DNA of 64,000 nucleotides, taken from assembly GCA_026400555.1 (NCBI GenBank), contig JAPLOW010000063.1, forward strand, positions 4,622 through 68,621, in the 5' to 3' direction. Below, one piece after another: positions 48,378 through 58,646 of the stretch. Source of the stretch: Hyphomicrobiales bacterium. Lineage in GTDB: Bacteria > Pseudomonadota > Alphaproteobacteria > Rhizobiales > Beijerinckiaceae. Position numbers and translations under genes: made by a program. The notes beneath the pieces are model-generated. The model worked only from the letters and a program-made list of their open reading frames with translations, did not search any database and was not told the DNA's origin. Each line of letters begins with the position of its first letter. Positions within the stretch are counted from its first letter, which is position 1.

Positions 48378-48839
48378 ATGATGAAGACCCGCTTTCTTGC
48401 TGGCGCCGCAGCTTTGATGATGGCCGCCACACCCGTGCTGGCCCAAACTGCCCAGCCAGCGACGCCGACTACGCCGGCCCCGGCCCGCCCGGCAGCGCCC
48501 GCCACGGCCCAGCCTGCAGCTCCTGCTGCACCAGCCGCTCCCGCCCGTCCGGCGACCCCGGCGCCCGCCGCTGCCCAGCCAGCAGCACCGGCGACGCGTC
48601 CCGCCGCAGCGCCCGCCCCGGCCGCCGGCGCCGCGCAGGCCCAGCGCGTCAATCTCAACACCGCAACGCAGGCCGATCTCGACAAGCTACCGCAGATCGG
48701 CGAAGCGCGCGCCAAGGCCATCCTGGCCGAACGCGCCAAGGGTCGCTTCACCAACTGGGACAACTTCGTCCAGCGCATGACCGGCACCGCGGTCAACCAG
48801 ACGGCCAAGGACGCGATCAAGGACAAGGTCAGCTTCTGA
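48378..48839 (+). CDS. ComEA-like helix-hairpin-helix protein with signal peptide and Pro/Ala linker
   Basis: Signal peptide, PAAPA repeats, VNLNTATQADLDKLPQIGEARAKAIL. Confidence 0.85.
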   Translation: MMKTRFLAGAAALMMAATPVLAQTAQPATPTTPAPARPAAPATAQPAAPAAPAAPARPATPAPAAAQPAAPATRPAAAPAPAAGAAQAQRVNLNTATQADLDKLPQIGEARAKAILAERAKGRFTNWDNFVQRMTGTAVNQTAKDAIKDKVSF

Positions 48840-48865
48840 CCGCATCGCCAACAGCCTGAAATTCA

Positions 48866-48898
48866 GAACCCCGGCGGCCTCTCCGCCGGGGTTTTCTG
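48866..48898 (+). terminator. Rho-independent terminator
   Basis: AACCCCGGCGG-CCTCT-CCGCCGGGGTT followed by TTCTGTT. Confidence 0.8.
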
Positions 48899-48966
48899 TT
48901 GACTTGCTTGCCTCAAGCCAGCACTTCGGCGCGATGATGCGCAGCGCAACACGCACCGATGCAGAC

Positions 48967-50460
48967 ATGACGGGACTGACGATCTCGGTCATCGGCGCGG
49001 CGTTGGCGTTGAGGGTGTTGCTGGCAGGCCTGATCGGCCTTGGCACCGACGAGATCTACACCGTCGCGATCGCAAGGCAGCTGTCATGGTCCTATTTTGA
49101 CCATCCGCCGCTGCACCAGTGGCTTGCGCACGTCTCCGCTCTGGCCTTCGGTGAAGGCCGCGCGGTGCGGCTACCCTTCATCTTCCTGTTCGCCGGGACC
49201 TCCTGGCTGCTGTTTCTGCTGACCCGGCGGCTCTATGGCGCAGCCGCCGGCTTCTGGGCTGTCGTCACGCTGAATCTCGCGGGCTTCTTCACCCTGTCCG
49301 CCGGCTCCTGGGTCGTTCCCGATGGGCCCTTGCTCTTCATGCTGGCTCTCGCCGCATTCGCGCTCGGCCGGCAGTTCTTCCCCACCGGGGAGGAGAGCCC
49401 CGCGCCTTTGGCCAATTGGCTCCTTGCCGGCTTGGCGCTTGGCGGGGCTGGCCTCGCCAAGTACCACGCTGCACTCGTCGCTGTCGGCATTGCGCTGTTT
49501 CTACTGGCGACGCCGCGCGGCCGGACGGAGCTGTCTCGGCCGGCCCTCTGGCTCGCGGCAGGCCTCGCGGTCCTGCTCGTCTTACCGGTACTGATCTGGA
49601 ACGCCGCCAACGGCTGGGCCTCCTTCCTGTTTCAGGCGGGTCGCTCGCACGGGGCCGGCTTTGCGCCCTGGCTGGCGCCCCTGTCGCTGGTGGCCCAGGC
49701 GGGCTGGCTTCTGCCTTGGGTGTTCGTGCCGCTCGCAACAGGCCTGTGGCTCGCCTGGACCATCGCGCGCGACCAGCGTTTCTGGTTCCTTATGGCGCTC
49801 AGCCTGCCGACCATTACGGTCTTCACACTGCTGCCGATGTTCGGCAATCTTGGACTGCCGCACTGGGCGATGCCGGGCTGGTTCTTTGTCATGCCGCTGG
49901 CGGGACTGTACCTGTCGCGCCTGTCCGGGACGTCCGAACGGCCCTGGCGCTGGGCCCGCACCAGCGCCATCGGCTCGGTGCTCGTCCTGCTCCTCGTCGG
50001 CAGTCAGGCCGCCACCGGCTGGCTCGGCCGGATCATTCCGGGTGTGTCGCGCAACGACCCGACCATCGAGGTCTTCGGCTGGGATCAGATCGGCCCGCAA
50101 TTGCAGGCCGCCGGGCTGCTGGACGGTGGACGTTTCATCGTGGCCGACAGCTGGCAGAATGCCGGCCGCATTGACGTCGCGCTGGCAGGCAGGATGATCG
50201 TGATGCCCGGCACGCTTGACCCGCGCCACTATGCCTTTCTGGTGGACCAGCCCCGGCTGCTCGGGCGCGATGCGGTGCTGATCGTCAGGGTGCGGCGCGA
50301 GGCCCAGATGCGGGAGACGCTCAAGGACCACTTCGGAAGCCTCGGACCGTCGATCCCGGTTGCGCTCGGACGCGGCGGCCTCAAGGAGATCGACCTCGTC
50401 GCCATCCCCGCCACGAACTTCATCAAGCCCCTGTCATGGGCCTACGGACGAGCACGATGA
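48967..50460 (+). CDS. ArnT/PMT (GT-C) family glycosyltransferase
   Basis: DEIY, SYFDHPPL, VPDGPLL, LAKYHA; polytopic membrane pattern. Confidence 0.87.
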   Translation: MTGLTISVIGAALALRVLLAGLIGLGTDEIYTVAIARQLSWSYFDHPPLHQWLAHVSALAFGEGRAVRLPFIFLFAGTSWLLFLLTRRLYGAAAGFWAVVTLNLAGFFTLSAGSWVVPDGPLLFMLALAAFALGRQFFPTGEESPAPLANWLLAGLALGGAGLAKYHAALVAVGIALFLLATPRGRTELSRPALWLAAGLAVLLVLPVLIWNAANGWASFLFQAGRSHGAGFAPWLAPLSLVAQAGWLLPWVFVPLATGLWLAWTIARDQRFWFLMALSLPTITVFTLLPMFGNLGLPHWAMPGWFFVMPLAGLYLSRLSGTSERPWRWARTSAIGSVLVLLLVGSQAATGWLGRIIPGVSRNDPTIEVFGWDQIGPQLQAAGLLDGGRFIVADSWQNAGRIDVALAGRMIVMPGTLDPRHYAFLVDQPRLLGRDAVLIVRVRREAQMRETLKDHFGSLGPSIPVALGRGGLKEIDLVAIPATNFIKPLSWAYGRAR

Positions 50461-51572
50461 CCGAAACCCCGATGGCAGCTGCGGCCGCCCCGGCCCTGAC
50501 GGTCGTGGTGCCGACCTTCAATGAAGCCGCCAATGTCCGCCCGCTGGTGGCCAAATTGACCGCGGCGCTTGCCGGCATCGCCTATGAGGTGATGTTCGTC
50601 GACGACAACTCGCCCGATGGCACCTATGACGTCGTTCGGGCACTCTCCCGGAACGACGCACGCATCCGTTGCATCCGCCGCATCGGGCGTCGCGGCCTCT
50701 CGAGCGCGTGCATCGAGGGCGTGCTGGCCGGGCAGGGCGACGTGGTCGCCGTGATCGACGGGGACCTGCAGCATGACGAGACCGTGCTGCCGAAGCTGTT
50801 CGAGCTGGTCCGCTCAGGTCAGGCCGACCTTGCCGTCGCCAGCCGCTATGTCGAGGGCGGCAGCGCGGCCGCGTTTTCAGACGCCCGCGGCAAGGGCAGC
50901 CGGCTCGCCACGGAACTGGCCCGCAAGGTGCTGAAGGTCGAGTTCAACGATCCCATGAGCGGCTTCTTCGCCACGCGGCGCTCCGTCGTCGAGGCGGCAG
51001 CGCCGAATCTATCGGGCGACGGCTTCAAGATCCTGCTCGACCTGGCCGCCAGCCATCCCGGCAAGCTCAGGATCGTTGAGGTGCCCTTCGTCTTTGGCAC
51101 CCGCCTGCATGGCGATTCCAAGATGGACAACCGCGTCGTGGCCGACTTCCTTGGCCTTCTGGTGTCCAAGGCGACGGGCGGGCTGGTCTCGATCCGCTTT
51201 CTGACCTTCGCGGCGGTGGGCGTCTCGGGCGTCGTCGTCCACCTGCTCGCCCTGCGCGGATTGCTCGCCGTGCCGTCCCTGCCCTTTGCGGCGGCGCAGG
51301 CCGGGGCGACGCTGGTCGCAATGACCACCAACTTCACCTTCAACAACCTGATGACTTATCGCGACCGCATGCTGAAAGGTCTTGCCTTCATGCGCGGCCT
51401 GATCGGGTTCTATCTGGTCTGCAGCGTCGGCGCCGTCGCCAATGTCGGCGTTGCCACCTGGATGTTCGAGGACGACCAGCAGTGGTGGGTGGCAGGGCTC
51501 GCCGGGGCCGCAATGGGAGCGGTCTGGAATTACGTGTTCAGCGACCTGCTGGTCTGGCGCAAGAAGCGCTGA
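50457..51572 (+). CDS. GT2 polyprenol-phosphate glycosyltransferase fused to a GtrA-like flippase domain
   Basis: VPTFNEA, VDDNSPDGT, IDGDLQHD, DPMSGFF; C-terminal FAAVG...NFTFNN...WNYVFS. Confidence 0.9.
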   Translation: MTETPMAAAAAPALTVVVPTFNEAANVRPLVAKLTAALAGIAYEVMFVDDNSPDGTYDVVRALSRNDARIRCIRRIGRRGLSSACIEGVLAGQGDVVAVIDGDLQHDETVLPKLFELVRSGQADLAVASRYVEGGSAAAFSDARGKGSRLATELARKVLKVEFNDPMSGFFATRRSVVEAAAPNLSGDGFKILLDLAASHPGKLRIVEVPFVFGTRLHGDSKMDNRVVADFLGLLVSKATGGLVSIRFLTFAAVGVSGVVVHLLALRGLLAVPSLPFAAAQAGATLVAMTTNFTFNNLMTYRDRMLKGLAFMRGLIGFYLVCSVGAVANVGVATWMFEDDQQWWVAGLAGAAMGAVWNYVFSDLLVWRKKR

Positions 51573-51607
51573 CGCACAGAACCGTTATCCGCTGTCGTGG
51601 CAAGGCT

Positions 51608-52051
51608 CTAGCGCACCGGGCTGCCCGGCTTCACGGTCTTGATCATGCCGGCGCTGGCCGCCACGGAGGCGGTGTCGAAGAACTGGGTCAGTGACAGGAT
51701 CTGCCGTCCCTCGAACACGATGTGGTCGAACACCTCGATCTGTGCCTGCTCACCGGTGGCGACGGAGGTCGACAAGGCCGACCAGCGCACTGCGCCGGAT
51801 CGCCGGTTGACGATGATGTCCTCGATGAAGAAATCCCGCATCTTGAAATCGGAGTAGATCATGCGGATCAGGTCCCTGATCTCGGCATGACCGACCTTGA
51901 TGCCTGAAAACGCCAGGCCGCTGCGGTGTCCCAGTATATGCCAGCGGGCCTTGGGCGAAAAGGCGCTGAGGAAAAGGTCGATAGCGTTGACCGAGAGGGC
52001 CTCGTAGACCGAATCAAGCCAGTCTTCCTCAACAAGAAAACCTCGGCTCAC
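51608..52051 (-). CDS. SnoaL-like/NTF2 family protein (start uncertain)
   Basis: Pattern of FSPKARWHILG, GHAEI, and a C-terminal ILSLTQFFDTA strand. Confidence 0.65.
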   Translation of the reverse strand: MSRGFLVEEDWLDSVYEALSVNAIDLFLSAFSPKARWHILGHRSGLAFSGIKVGHAEIRDLIRMIYSDFKMRDFFIEDIIVNRRSGAVRWSALSTSVATGEQAQIEVFDHIVFEGRQILSLTQFFDTASVAASAGMIKTVKPGSPVR

Positions 52052-52313
52052 CGAGCGCCCCCCAAAACCCGGACGCAAGAGTGGCGCAACCCAAAAGCAA
52101 CGCGACCTCGCCCCAGCCACGATCCGCCGGCCAAGTGAGTATGACAACCGTGCCCGGAAGACAAGCGCATTCCCGGACATTGATCAATTTTCGCATTCAA
52201 TGCAAGAAAAGCCAACAAAGTGATGGAAGTTTGCTAGCTTGTTGATGCTATGGCGCAACGTCTTCGATCGACCTTGATCAACTGGCCAAGGCAGACCGGC
52301 GCAACAAACGCAT

Positions 52314-52336
52314 AGGCCCGCGCATGGCGCGGGCCT
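52314..52336. terminator. Hairpin downstream of ilvC
   Basis: AGGCCCGCGC-ATG-GCGCGGGCCT; weak U-tract. Confidence 0.5.
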
Positions 52337-52372
52337 TGACGTTCCGACGATCACGACGCCGTTGCAGGCGCT

Positions 52373-53422
<1,050 letters not shown>

Positions 53423-53522
53423 TCAGGCTGCACTTGGAAAGCGTGGGCAGGTTCGACAGGTGCTTTAGTGGAGCGCTTGCGCGTCGTAAAGCGCGGAACA
53501 TGTACACTGCGCATCGGCATCG

Positions 53523-54131
53523 TCACAGCCACTCGCGCAGCAACGGCCAGAGCGAAGCGACAAGCGCCAGAGCCATGACGACGTTGAAGACGCGGTTGGC
53601 CTTCGGGTTCTGCAGAAAGCGCTTCAGCACCACGCCGAACATCGTCCATATGCCGGTTGCAGGGCCGCAGACCACGGCAAAGACCAGCGCGACGATGATC
53701 ACCGTCAGCGCATAGGCGCTCTCATTCGTGTAGGTCGCCATCGCGCCCACCGCCATGACCCAGGCCTTCGGGTTGACCCACTGGAAGGCGGCGGCCTCGA
53801 TCAAGCTCATCGGGCGGCCCCTGCCCTCGCCGGAGCCTTCCTCCAGCGGGCCGGAGTTGGCGATCTTCCAGGCCAGCCAGAGCAGGTAAAGGCCCCCGGC
53901 GTATTTGATTGTCGTGAAGAACAGCGGCCAGCGCTGCAACAGTTCATGCAGGCCAAAGCCGATGGCCAGCAGCAAAAGCATTACGCCGAAGCTGATGCCC
54001 AGCATGTGCGGGATCGTGCGCCAGAAACCAAAATTTACCCCCGACGCCAGCAGCATCATGTTGTTGGGGCCGGGCGTGCTTGACATCACGCCCGCGAACA
54101 CGACGAGCGCCCCGAACATCTCCGGAGACAT
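53523..54131 (-). CDS. LysE family amino-acid exporter
   Basis: TPGPNN, YLLWLAWKI, FQWVNPKAW; GGAGG RBS before MSPEMF. Confidence 0.9.
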   Translation of the reverse strand: MSPEMFGALVVFAGVMSSTPGPNNMMLLASGVNFGFWRTIPHMLGISFGVMLLLLAIGFGLHELLQRWPLFFTTIKYAGGLYLLWLAWKIANSGPLEEGSGEGRGRPMSLIEAAAFQWVNPKAWVMAVGAMATYTNESAYALTVIIVALVFAVVCGPATGIWTMFGVVLKRFLQNPKANRVFNVVMALALVASLWPLLREWL

Positions 54132-54135
54132 CGCC

Positions 54136-54351
54136 TCAGCCTCCCCCCTGCTGCGACGCCAGCCGCTGGAACAGCAGCGCAAGGCAGATCAGCACGAAGC
54201 CAAGCCACCACTCGCGCGACTTGAGCTGCGATCGCTCCATTGCCTTCTGTGGCGTGTCCAGCCCGCGCAGGCGCTGGATCACTGGCCACAGGAACAGGCC
54301 AAAGCCGATTGTGGCGCAGATCTTGGCGAGAAGGTCGAGGCTGATGGTCAC
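54136..54351 (-). CDS. Small two-TM hypothetical protein (71 aa)
   Basis: Fills the gap between ilvH and lysE with 3-4 nt spacers; two hydrophobic segments. Confidence 0.6.
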   Translation of the reverse strand: MTISLDLLAKICATIGFGLFLWPVIQRLRGLDTPQKAMERSQLKSREWWLGFVLICLALLFQRLASQQGGG

Positions 54352-54354
54352 GCG

Positions 54355-54891
54355 TTACATGACGTCCGCGCCGCGGCCCATGGCGGCGATACCGGTGCGC
54401 GACACTTCGGCGAGGCCGCACGGCCCAAGCACCTTGATGAAGCGCTCGATGTCATCGCTGGCGCCGGTCAGTTCGAACACAAACGACGTCACCGTGGCGT
54501 CGATGGTGCGCGCCCCGAAGGCGGTGGCGAGCCTGAGCGCCTCCATGCGCTGTTCGCCCTTGCCGACCACCTTGAACAGTGCCAGCTCCCGCTCGATCGA
54601 CTCGCCCTGCAAGGTCAGGTCGACCACGCGGTGCACCGGCACGAGCCGGTCGAGATGGTTCTTGATCTGGTCGATGATCTTCTCCGAGCCGGACGTCACG
54701 ATGGTGATGCGCGACAGGTGTTTCTCCGCCTCGGTCTCGGAGACCGTGAGGCTCTCGATGTTATAGCCGCGCCCCGAAAACAGGCCGGCAATGCGGCTGA
54801 GCACGCCCGGCTCGTTGTCGACAATTACCGACAGGGTGTGACGGCGCACGGTCTGGTCGAAGCTGACGGCTGGGTAATGCGAGACGCTCAT
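54355..54891 (-). CDS. ilvH: Acetolactate synthase small (regulatory) subunit
   Basis: VDNEPGVLSRIAGLFSGRGYNIESL (ACT domain), ERELAL, EVSRTG. Confidence 0.95.
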   Translation of the reverse strand: MSVSHYPAVSFDQTVRRHTLSVIVDNEPGVLSRIAGLFSGRGYNIESLTVSETEAEKHLSRITIVTSGSEKIIDQIKNHLDRLVPVHRVVDLTLQGESIERELALFKVVGKGEQRMEALRLATAFGARTIDATVTSFVFELTGASDDIERFIKVLGPCGLAEVSRTGIAAMGRGADVM

Positions 54892-54922
54892 GGCGGGTGT
54901 CCGTTCGGAGGTTAGGTGTGCT

Positions 54923-55624
54923 TCAGGCTTTGGCTAGATGGGGCCGGTAGTTCTCAAGGACGGGTTCGTCGGCCTCGTCTTCCGGCACGATCCAGGGCTC
55001 GGCCAGCGCAGCCTTGCGCCAGCTGACGAAGGCCGGGTGGGCATAGATCGCATCGCAATACGCTTCCGACACCGGATCGACGCTGATCGAATAGCTGCGC
55101 AGCCGCGTGGCGACGGGGGCATAAAACGCATCGGCCGCCGTGAACACGCCGAACAGGAACGGGCCTCCCGAACCCCAGCGTGACCGCGCCTCGTTCCAGA
55201 TCGCCGTGACGCGCGCCACATCCGCCGCCACCTTCGGGCCACGATCCTTCGGCGCATGCCGCTTGCCGAGGTTCATCGGGCAAGCGTTGCGCAGGGCGGA
55301 GAAGCCGGCATGCATCTCGCTGGCGATGTTGCGTGCAAAGGCCCGCGCTGCCCTCGCGCGCGGCCAGATGGCCAGTTCCGGGTGCTTGTCGGCGATGTAT
55401 TCCATGATCGAGAGCGATTCCCAAACCTGAACGTCCCCATCGACAATGGCCGGCACCTTGCCCGCAGGGTTGTAGGCCTTCACCTTGGCCTTCCACTCCG
55501 GATCATCGAAACTCGGCCCGAATGGGATCAACACCTCCTCGAACGGGATGTTGAACGCGCTCAGGAGGATCCAGGCCCTCAGCGACCAGGACGAGTGGAC
55601 CTTGTTGGCGATAATGAGCTTCAT
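54923..55624 (-). CDS. Glutathione S-transferase family protein
   Basis: SSWSLR, GKVPA, WESLSIMEY, EMHAGF, FTAADAFYAPV. Confidence 0.92.
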   Translation of the reverse strand: MKLIIANKVHSSWSLRAWILLSAFNIPFEEVLIPFGPSFDDPEWKAKVKAYNPAGKVPAIVDGDVQVWESLSIMEYIADKHPELAIWPRARAARAFARNIASEMHAGFSALRNACPMNLGKRHAPKDRGPKVAADVARVTAIWNEARSRWGSGGPFLFGVFTAADAFYAPVATRLRSYSISVDPVSEAYCDAIYAHPAFVSWRKAALAEPWIVPEDEADEPVLENYRPHLAKA

Positions 55625-55723
55625 GGTGTGTCTTCGTGGGGGCGAGCCGGCAGAATGTCAGTTTCGCCGTGCCCGTGTCCACGCCTTATGGTGAAGATTT
55701 GGATCAGGGACGGTGATGGCCTG

Positions 55724-57487
55724 TCACACCAGCTCCCGGCCCTTCGCGTCGATCACCGTCCTGGTATCGCCGGTGAAGTCGTTGAGGATCATCTCGTTAT
55801 GCGCCTTGCCCGACGGGATCATCGGAAAGCAGTTCTCTTCCTTGGCGACGATGCAATCGAAGATCACCGGCTTCGGGGTGTCGATCATCTCCATGATCGC
55901 GTCATCGAGCTTTGCTGGATCCGAGCAGCGGATGCCGTGGCCGCCATAGGCTTCCGCCAGCTTGACGAAGTCCGGCAGCGCCTCCGAGTAACTCGACGAA
56001 TAGCGCCCGCCATGCAGCAGCTCCTGCCACTGGCGCACCATGCCCATGTATTCGTTGTTCAGGATGAAGATCTTCACCGGTAGACGGTATTGCAGCGCCG
56101 TCGACATCTCCTGCATGTTCATCAGGATCGAGGCCTCGCCGGCGATGTCGATCACCAGCGCCTTGGGATGGGCCAGCTGCACGCCGATCGCGGCAGGCAG
56201 CCCATAGCCCATGGTGCCGAGCCCGCCCGATGTCATCCAGCGGTTCGGCTCCTCGAAATGATAGTACTGCGCCGCCCACATCTGGTGCTGGCCGACTTCG
56301 GTGGTGATATAGGTGTCCCGGTTCTTGGTCAGCTCATACAGCCGCTGCACCGCATATTGCGGCTTGATGATGCTGTCCGAACCGGCATAGGCCAGCGACC
56401 GGCGTCCGCGCCATTCATCGATCTGGCCCCACCAGCTTTTCATGGCGGCCTTGTCGACCTGCGGGCTGAGCTCGCGCCAGAGCCGGACCATGTCCTCCAG
56501 CACATGGGCGCAGTCGCCGACGATCGGGATCTCCACCTTGACGTTCTTGTTGATCGAGGACGGGTCGATGTCGACATGGATCTTGCGCGACCCTGGCGAG
56601 AACGCATCAATGCGGCCGGTGATGCGGTCGTCGAAGCGCGCGCCGATGTTGATCATCACGTCGCAGCCATGCATCGCGAGGTTGGCCTCGTAGGTGCCGT
56701 GCATGCCGAGCATGCCGAGCCATTGCGGATCGGCGGCGGGGAAGGCGCCGAGGCCCATCAGCGTGGACGTGCAGGGAAAGCCCGTGAGGCGCACCAGTTC
56801 GCGCAACAGCGCCGAGGCGTGCGGGCCGGCATTGATCACGCCGCCGCCAGTGTAGAACACCGGGCGCTTGGCCTTGGACATCAGGTCGATGGCAGCCTTG
56901 ATCTTGGAGAGGTCGCCCTTCACCGTCGGCCGGTAGGTCTTGTGCTGGTTGTTGGTCGGGCGCGAATACAGGCCCTTGGCGAACTGGATGTCCTTCGGGA
57001 TGTCGATCACCACCGGGCCGGGCCGACCATTGGACGCCACATAGAAGGCCTCGTGCAGGATGCGCGGCAGGTCCTCGATGCGCTTCACCAGATAATTGTG
57101 CTTCGTGCACGAGCGTGTGATGCCGACCGTATCGCATTCCTGGAAGGCGTCCGAGCCGATGAGGTGGGTCGGCACCTGCCCTGTGATGCAGACGATCGGG
57201 ATCGAGTCCATCAGCGCGTCGGTCAGGCCGGTGACCGCATTGGTCGCGCCGGGACCAGACGTCACGAGGACCACGCCGACCTTGCCGGGCTTTGAGCGGG
57301 CATAGCCTTCTGCCGAATGCACCGCACCGCCTTCCTGCCGCACCAGAATGTGTTGGACGCTGTCCTGCTGGAAGAGCGCGTCATAGATCGGCAGCACGGC
57401 CCCGCCGGGATAGCCAAAGATATGCTCGACGTTCTGGTCGCGAAGGGCACGGACCACCATCTCGGCGCCGGTCATCATCTCGCTCAT
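55724..57487 (-). CDS. ilvI: Acetolactate synthase large subunit
   Basis: [42 protein letters not shown]...NN TPP motif. Confidence 0.96.
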   Translation of the reverse strand: MSEMMTGAEMVVRALRDQNVEHIFGYPGGAVLPIYDALFQQDSVQHILVRQEGGAVHSAEGYARSKPGKVGVVLVTSGPGATNAVTGLTDALMDSIPIVCITGQVPTHLIGSDAFQECDTVGITRSCTKHNYLVKRIEDLPRILHEAFYVASNGRPGPVVIDIPKDIQFAKGLYSRPTNNQHKTYRPTVKGDLSKIKAAIDLMSKAKRPVFYTGGGVINAGPHASALLRELVRLTGFPCTSTLMGLGAFPAADPQWLGMLGMHGTYEANLAMHGCDVMINIGARFDDRITGRIDAFSPGSRKIHVDIDPSSINKNVKVEIPIVGDCAHVLEDMVRLWRELSPQVDKAAMKSWWGQIDEWRGRRSLAYAGSDSIIKPQYAVQRLYELTKNRDTYITTEVGQHQMWAAQYYHFEEPNRWMTSGGLGTMGYGLPAAIGVQLAHPKALVIDIAGEASILMNMQEMSTALQYRLPVKIFILNNEYMGMVRQWQELLHGGRYSSSYSEALPDFVKLAEAYGGHGIRCSDPAKLDDAIMEMIDTPKPVIFDCIVAKEENCFPMIPSGKAHNEMILNDFTGDTRTVIDAKGRELV

Positions 57488-57530
57488 GGTCCTGTCTCCT
57501 CGGGGTCGTCTGTCTGATGGATTGAGGCAA

Positions 57531-57554
57531 TAAAAAAGGCCCCGGAAGGGACCT
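57531..57554 (-). terminator. Attenuator terminator of the ilvIH leader
   Basis: Minus strand: AGGTCCC-TTCC-GGGGCCT then TTTTTATT, about 45 nt upstream of the ilvI ATG. Confidence 0.85.
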
Positions 57555-57587
57555 GAGCTTGCGCGCCGGCGAAGAGGGTGACGGTCC

Positions 57588-57635
57588 TCAGACCGCCCTC
57601 GACCGGCGCACGACTACAACAATAAGCCTATTCAT
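57588..57635 (-). CDS. ilv operon leader peptide (15 aa)
   Basis: ATG AAT AGG CTT ATT GTT GTA GTC GTG CGC CGG TCG AGG GCG GTC TGA = [15 protein letters not shown]; run of Leu/Ile/Val codons, several AT-rich, ahead of a terminator. Confidence 0.85.
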   Translation of the reverse strand: MNRLIVVVVRRSRAV

Positions 57636-57720
57636 GAGTGGTTGGTTAGCGGAACGGTGTGGCAGCGTCAAGGGATCGCGTCAGCTTTTGGTGTCATTCC
57701 CGACGGTCCTATGCGGCTCC

Positions 57721-58629
57721 CTAGACGATGGACTTCAGCACGGCCGCACGCTCTTCCTCATCACGAATCCACCGCCACCCCTCCATCTGGTTCCTGAACC
57801 AGGTGAACTGCCGCTTCACATAGGCACGCGTGTCAGCCTGTCCGCGCTGGATGGCGTCATTGAGGCTCATCTCGCCGCGTAGATGCGCCATCAGCGCCGG
57901 CGCGCCATGGGCGCGCATGACTGGCAGCATCGGATCGAGGCCGCGCGCCGCGAGCGCCCGCGCCTCGCCGAGCGCGCCAGTCTCGATCATGAGCCTGAAG
58001 CGCCGATTGATGCGCTCATGCACCTCGGCCCGCTCCGGCGCCAGAAACAGCTTGAGCAGGCGCCGCCCGGCCAGCAGCCCCGGCTCGCGCTCGCCATGGA
58101 AGCTCGAAAGAGACCGGCCCGTGGCGGTGAAAACCTCGAGCGCCCGCATCACCCGCAACCGGTCGCTCGGCCGCAGGCCTGCCGCGCCAGCCGGATCGAG
58201 CCGGGCCAGCCGGTCATGCAGGTCGGCCGTCACCACGCCTTCGGACGCCGCCCGGACCTCGTCGCGCACGGCCTGCGGCAGCGCCGGGATGCGCGACAGA
58301 CCCTGCTCCAGCGACTGGAAATAGAGCCCGGTACCGCCGGTGACGATCGGAAGCCGGCCCTCGGCCCAGCACTGGCGGATCGCCGATGCAGCCGCATCGG
58401 CATAGCGACCCACCGAGAAGGTCTCGGCTCCGTCGACGAAGCCGTAGAGCCGGTGCTCGGCCTGCCGCTCCTCCTCCGGCGCAGGACGCGCCGTGAGCAC
58501 GCTGAGATCGCGGTAGACCTGCATCGAATCTGCATTGAGGATCACACCGCCGGTCGCGCACGCCACCTCGATCGCGAATGCCGACTTGCCGCTCGCGGTC
58601 GGACCTGCAATGAGCACCGCGTCAAGCAA
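57721..58629 (-). CDS. miaA: tRNA dimethylallyltransferase
   Basis: IAGPTASGKS, NADSMQVY, GGTGLY, YVKRQFTW; TTG start inferred. Confidence 0.94.
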   Translation of the reverse strand: MLDAVLIAGPTASGKSAFAIEVACATGGVILNADSMQVYRDLSVLTARPAPEEERQAEHRLYGFVDGAETFSVGRYADAAASAIRQCWAEGRLPIVTGGTGLYFQSLEQGLSRIPALPQAVRDEVRAASEGVVTADLHDRLARLDPAGAAGLRPSDRLRVMRALEVFTATGRSLSSFHGEREPGLLAGRRLLKLFLAPERAEVHERINRRFRLMIETGALGEARALAARGLDPMLPVMRAHGAPALMAHLRGEMSLNDAIQRGQADTRAYVKRQFTWFRNQMEGWRWIRDEEERAAVLKSIV

Positions 58630-58646
58630 CTTCGGAATCCCCTTCG

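Noticed and set aside
52180-52290. FNR/FixK box in the AT-richer intergenic region (TTGATCAA twice)
   Set aside because: Lacks the TTGAT-N4-ATCAA spacing; only short palindromes.
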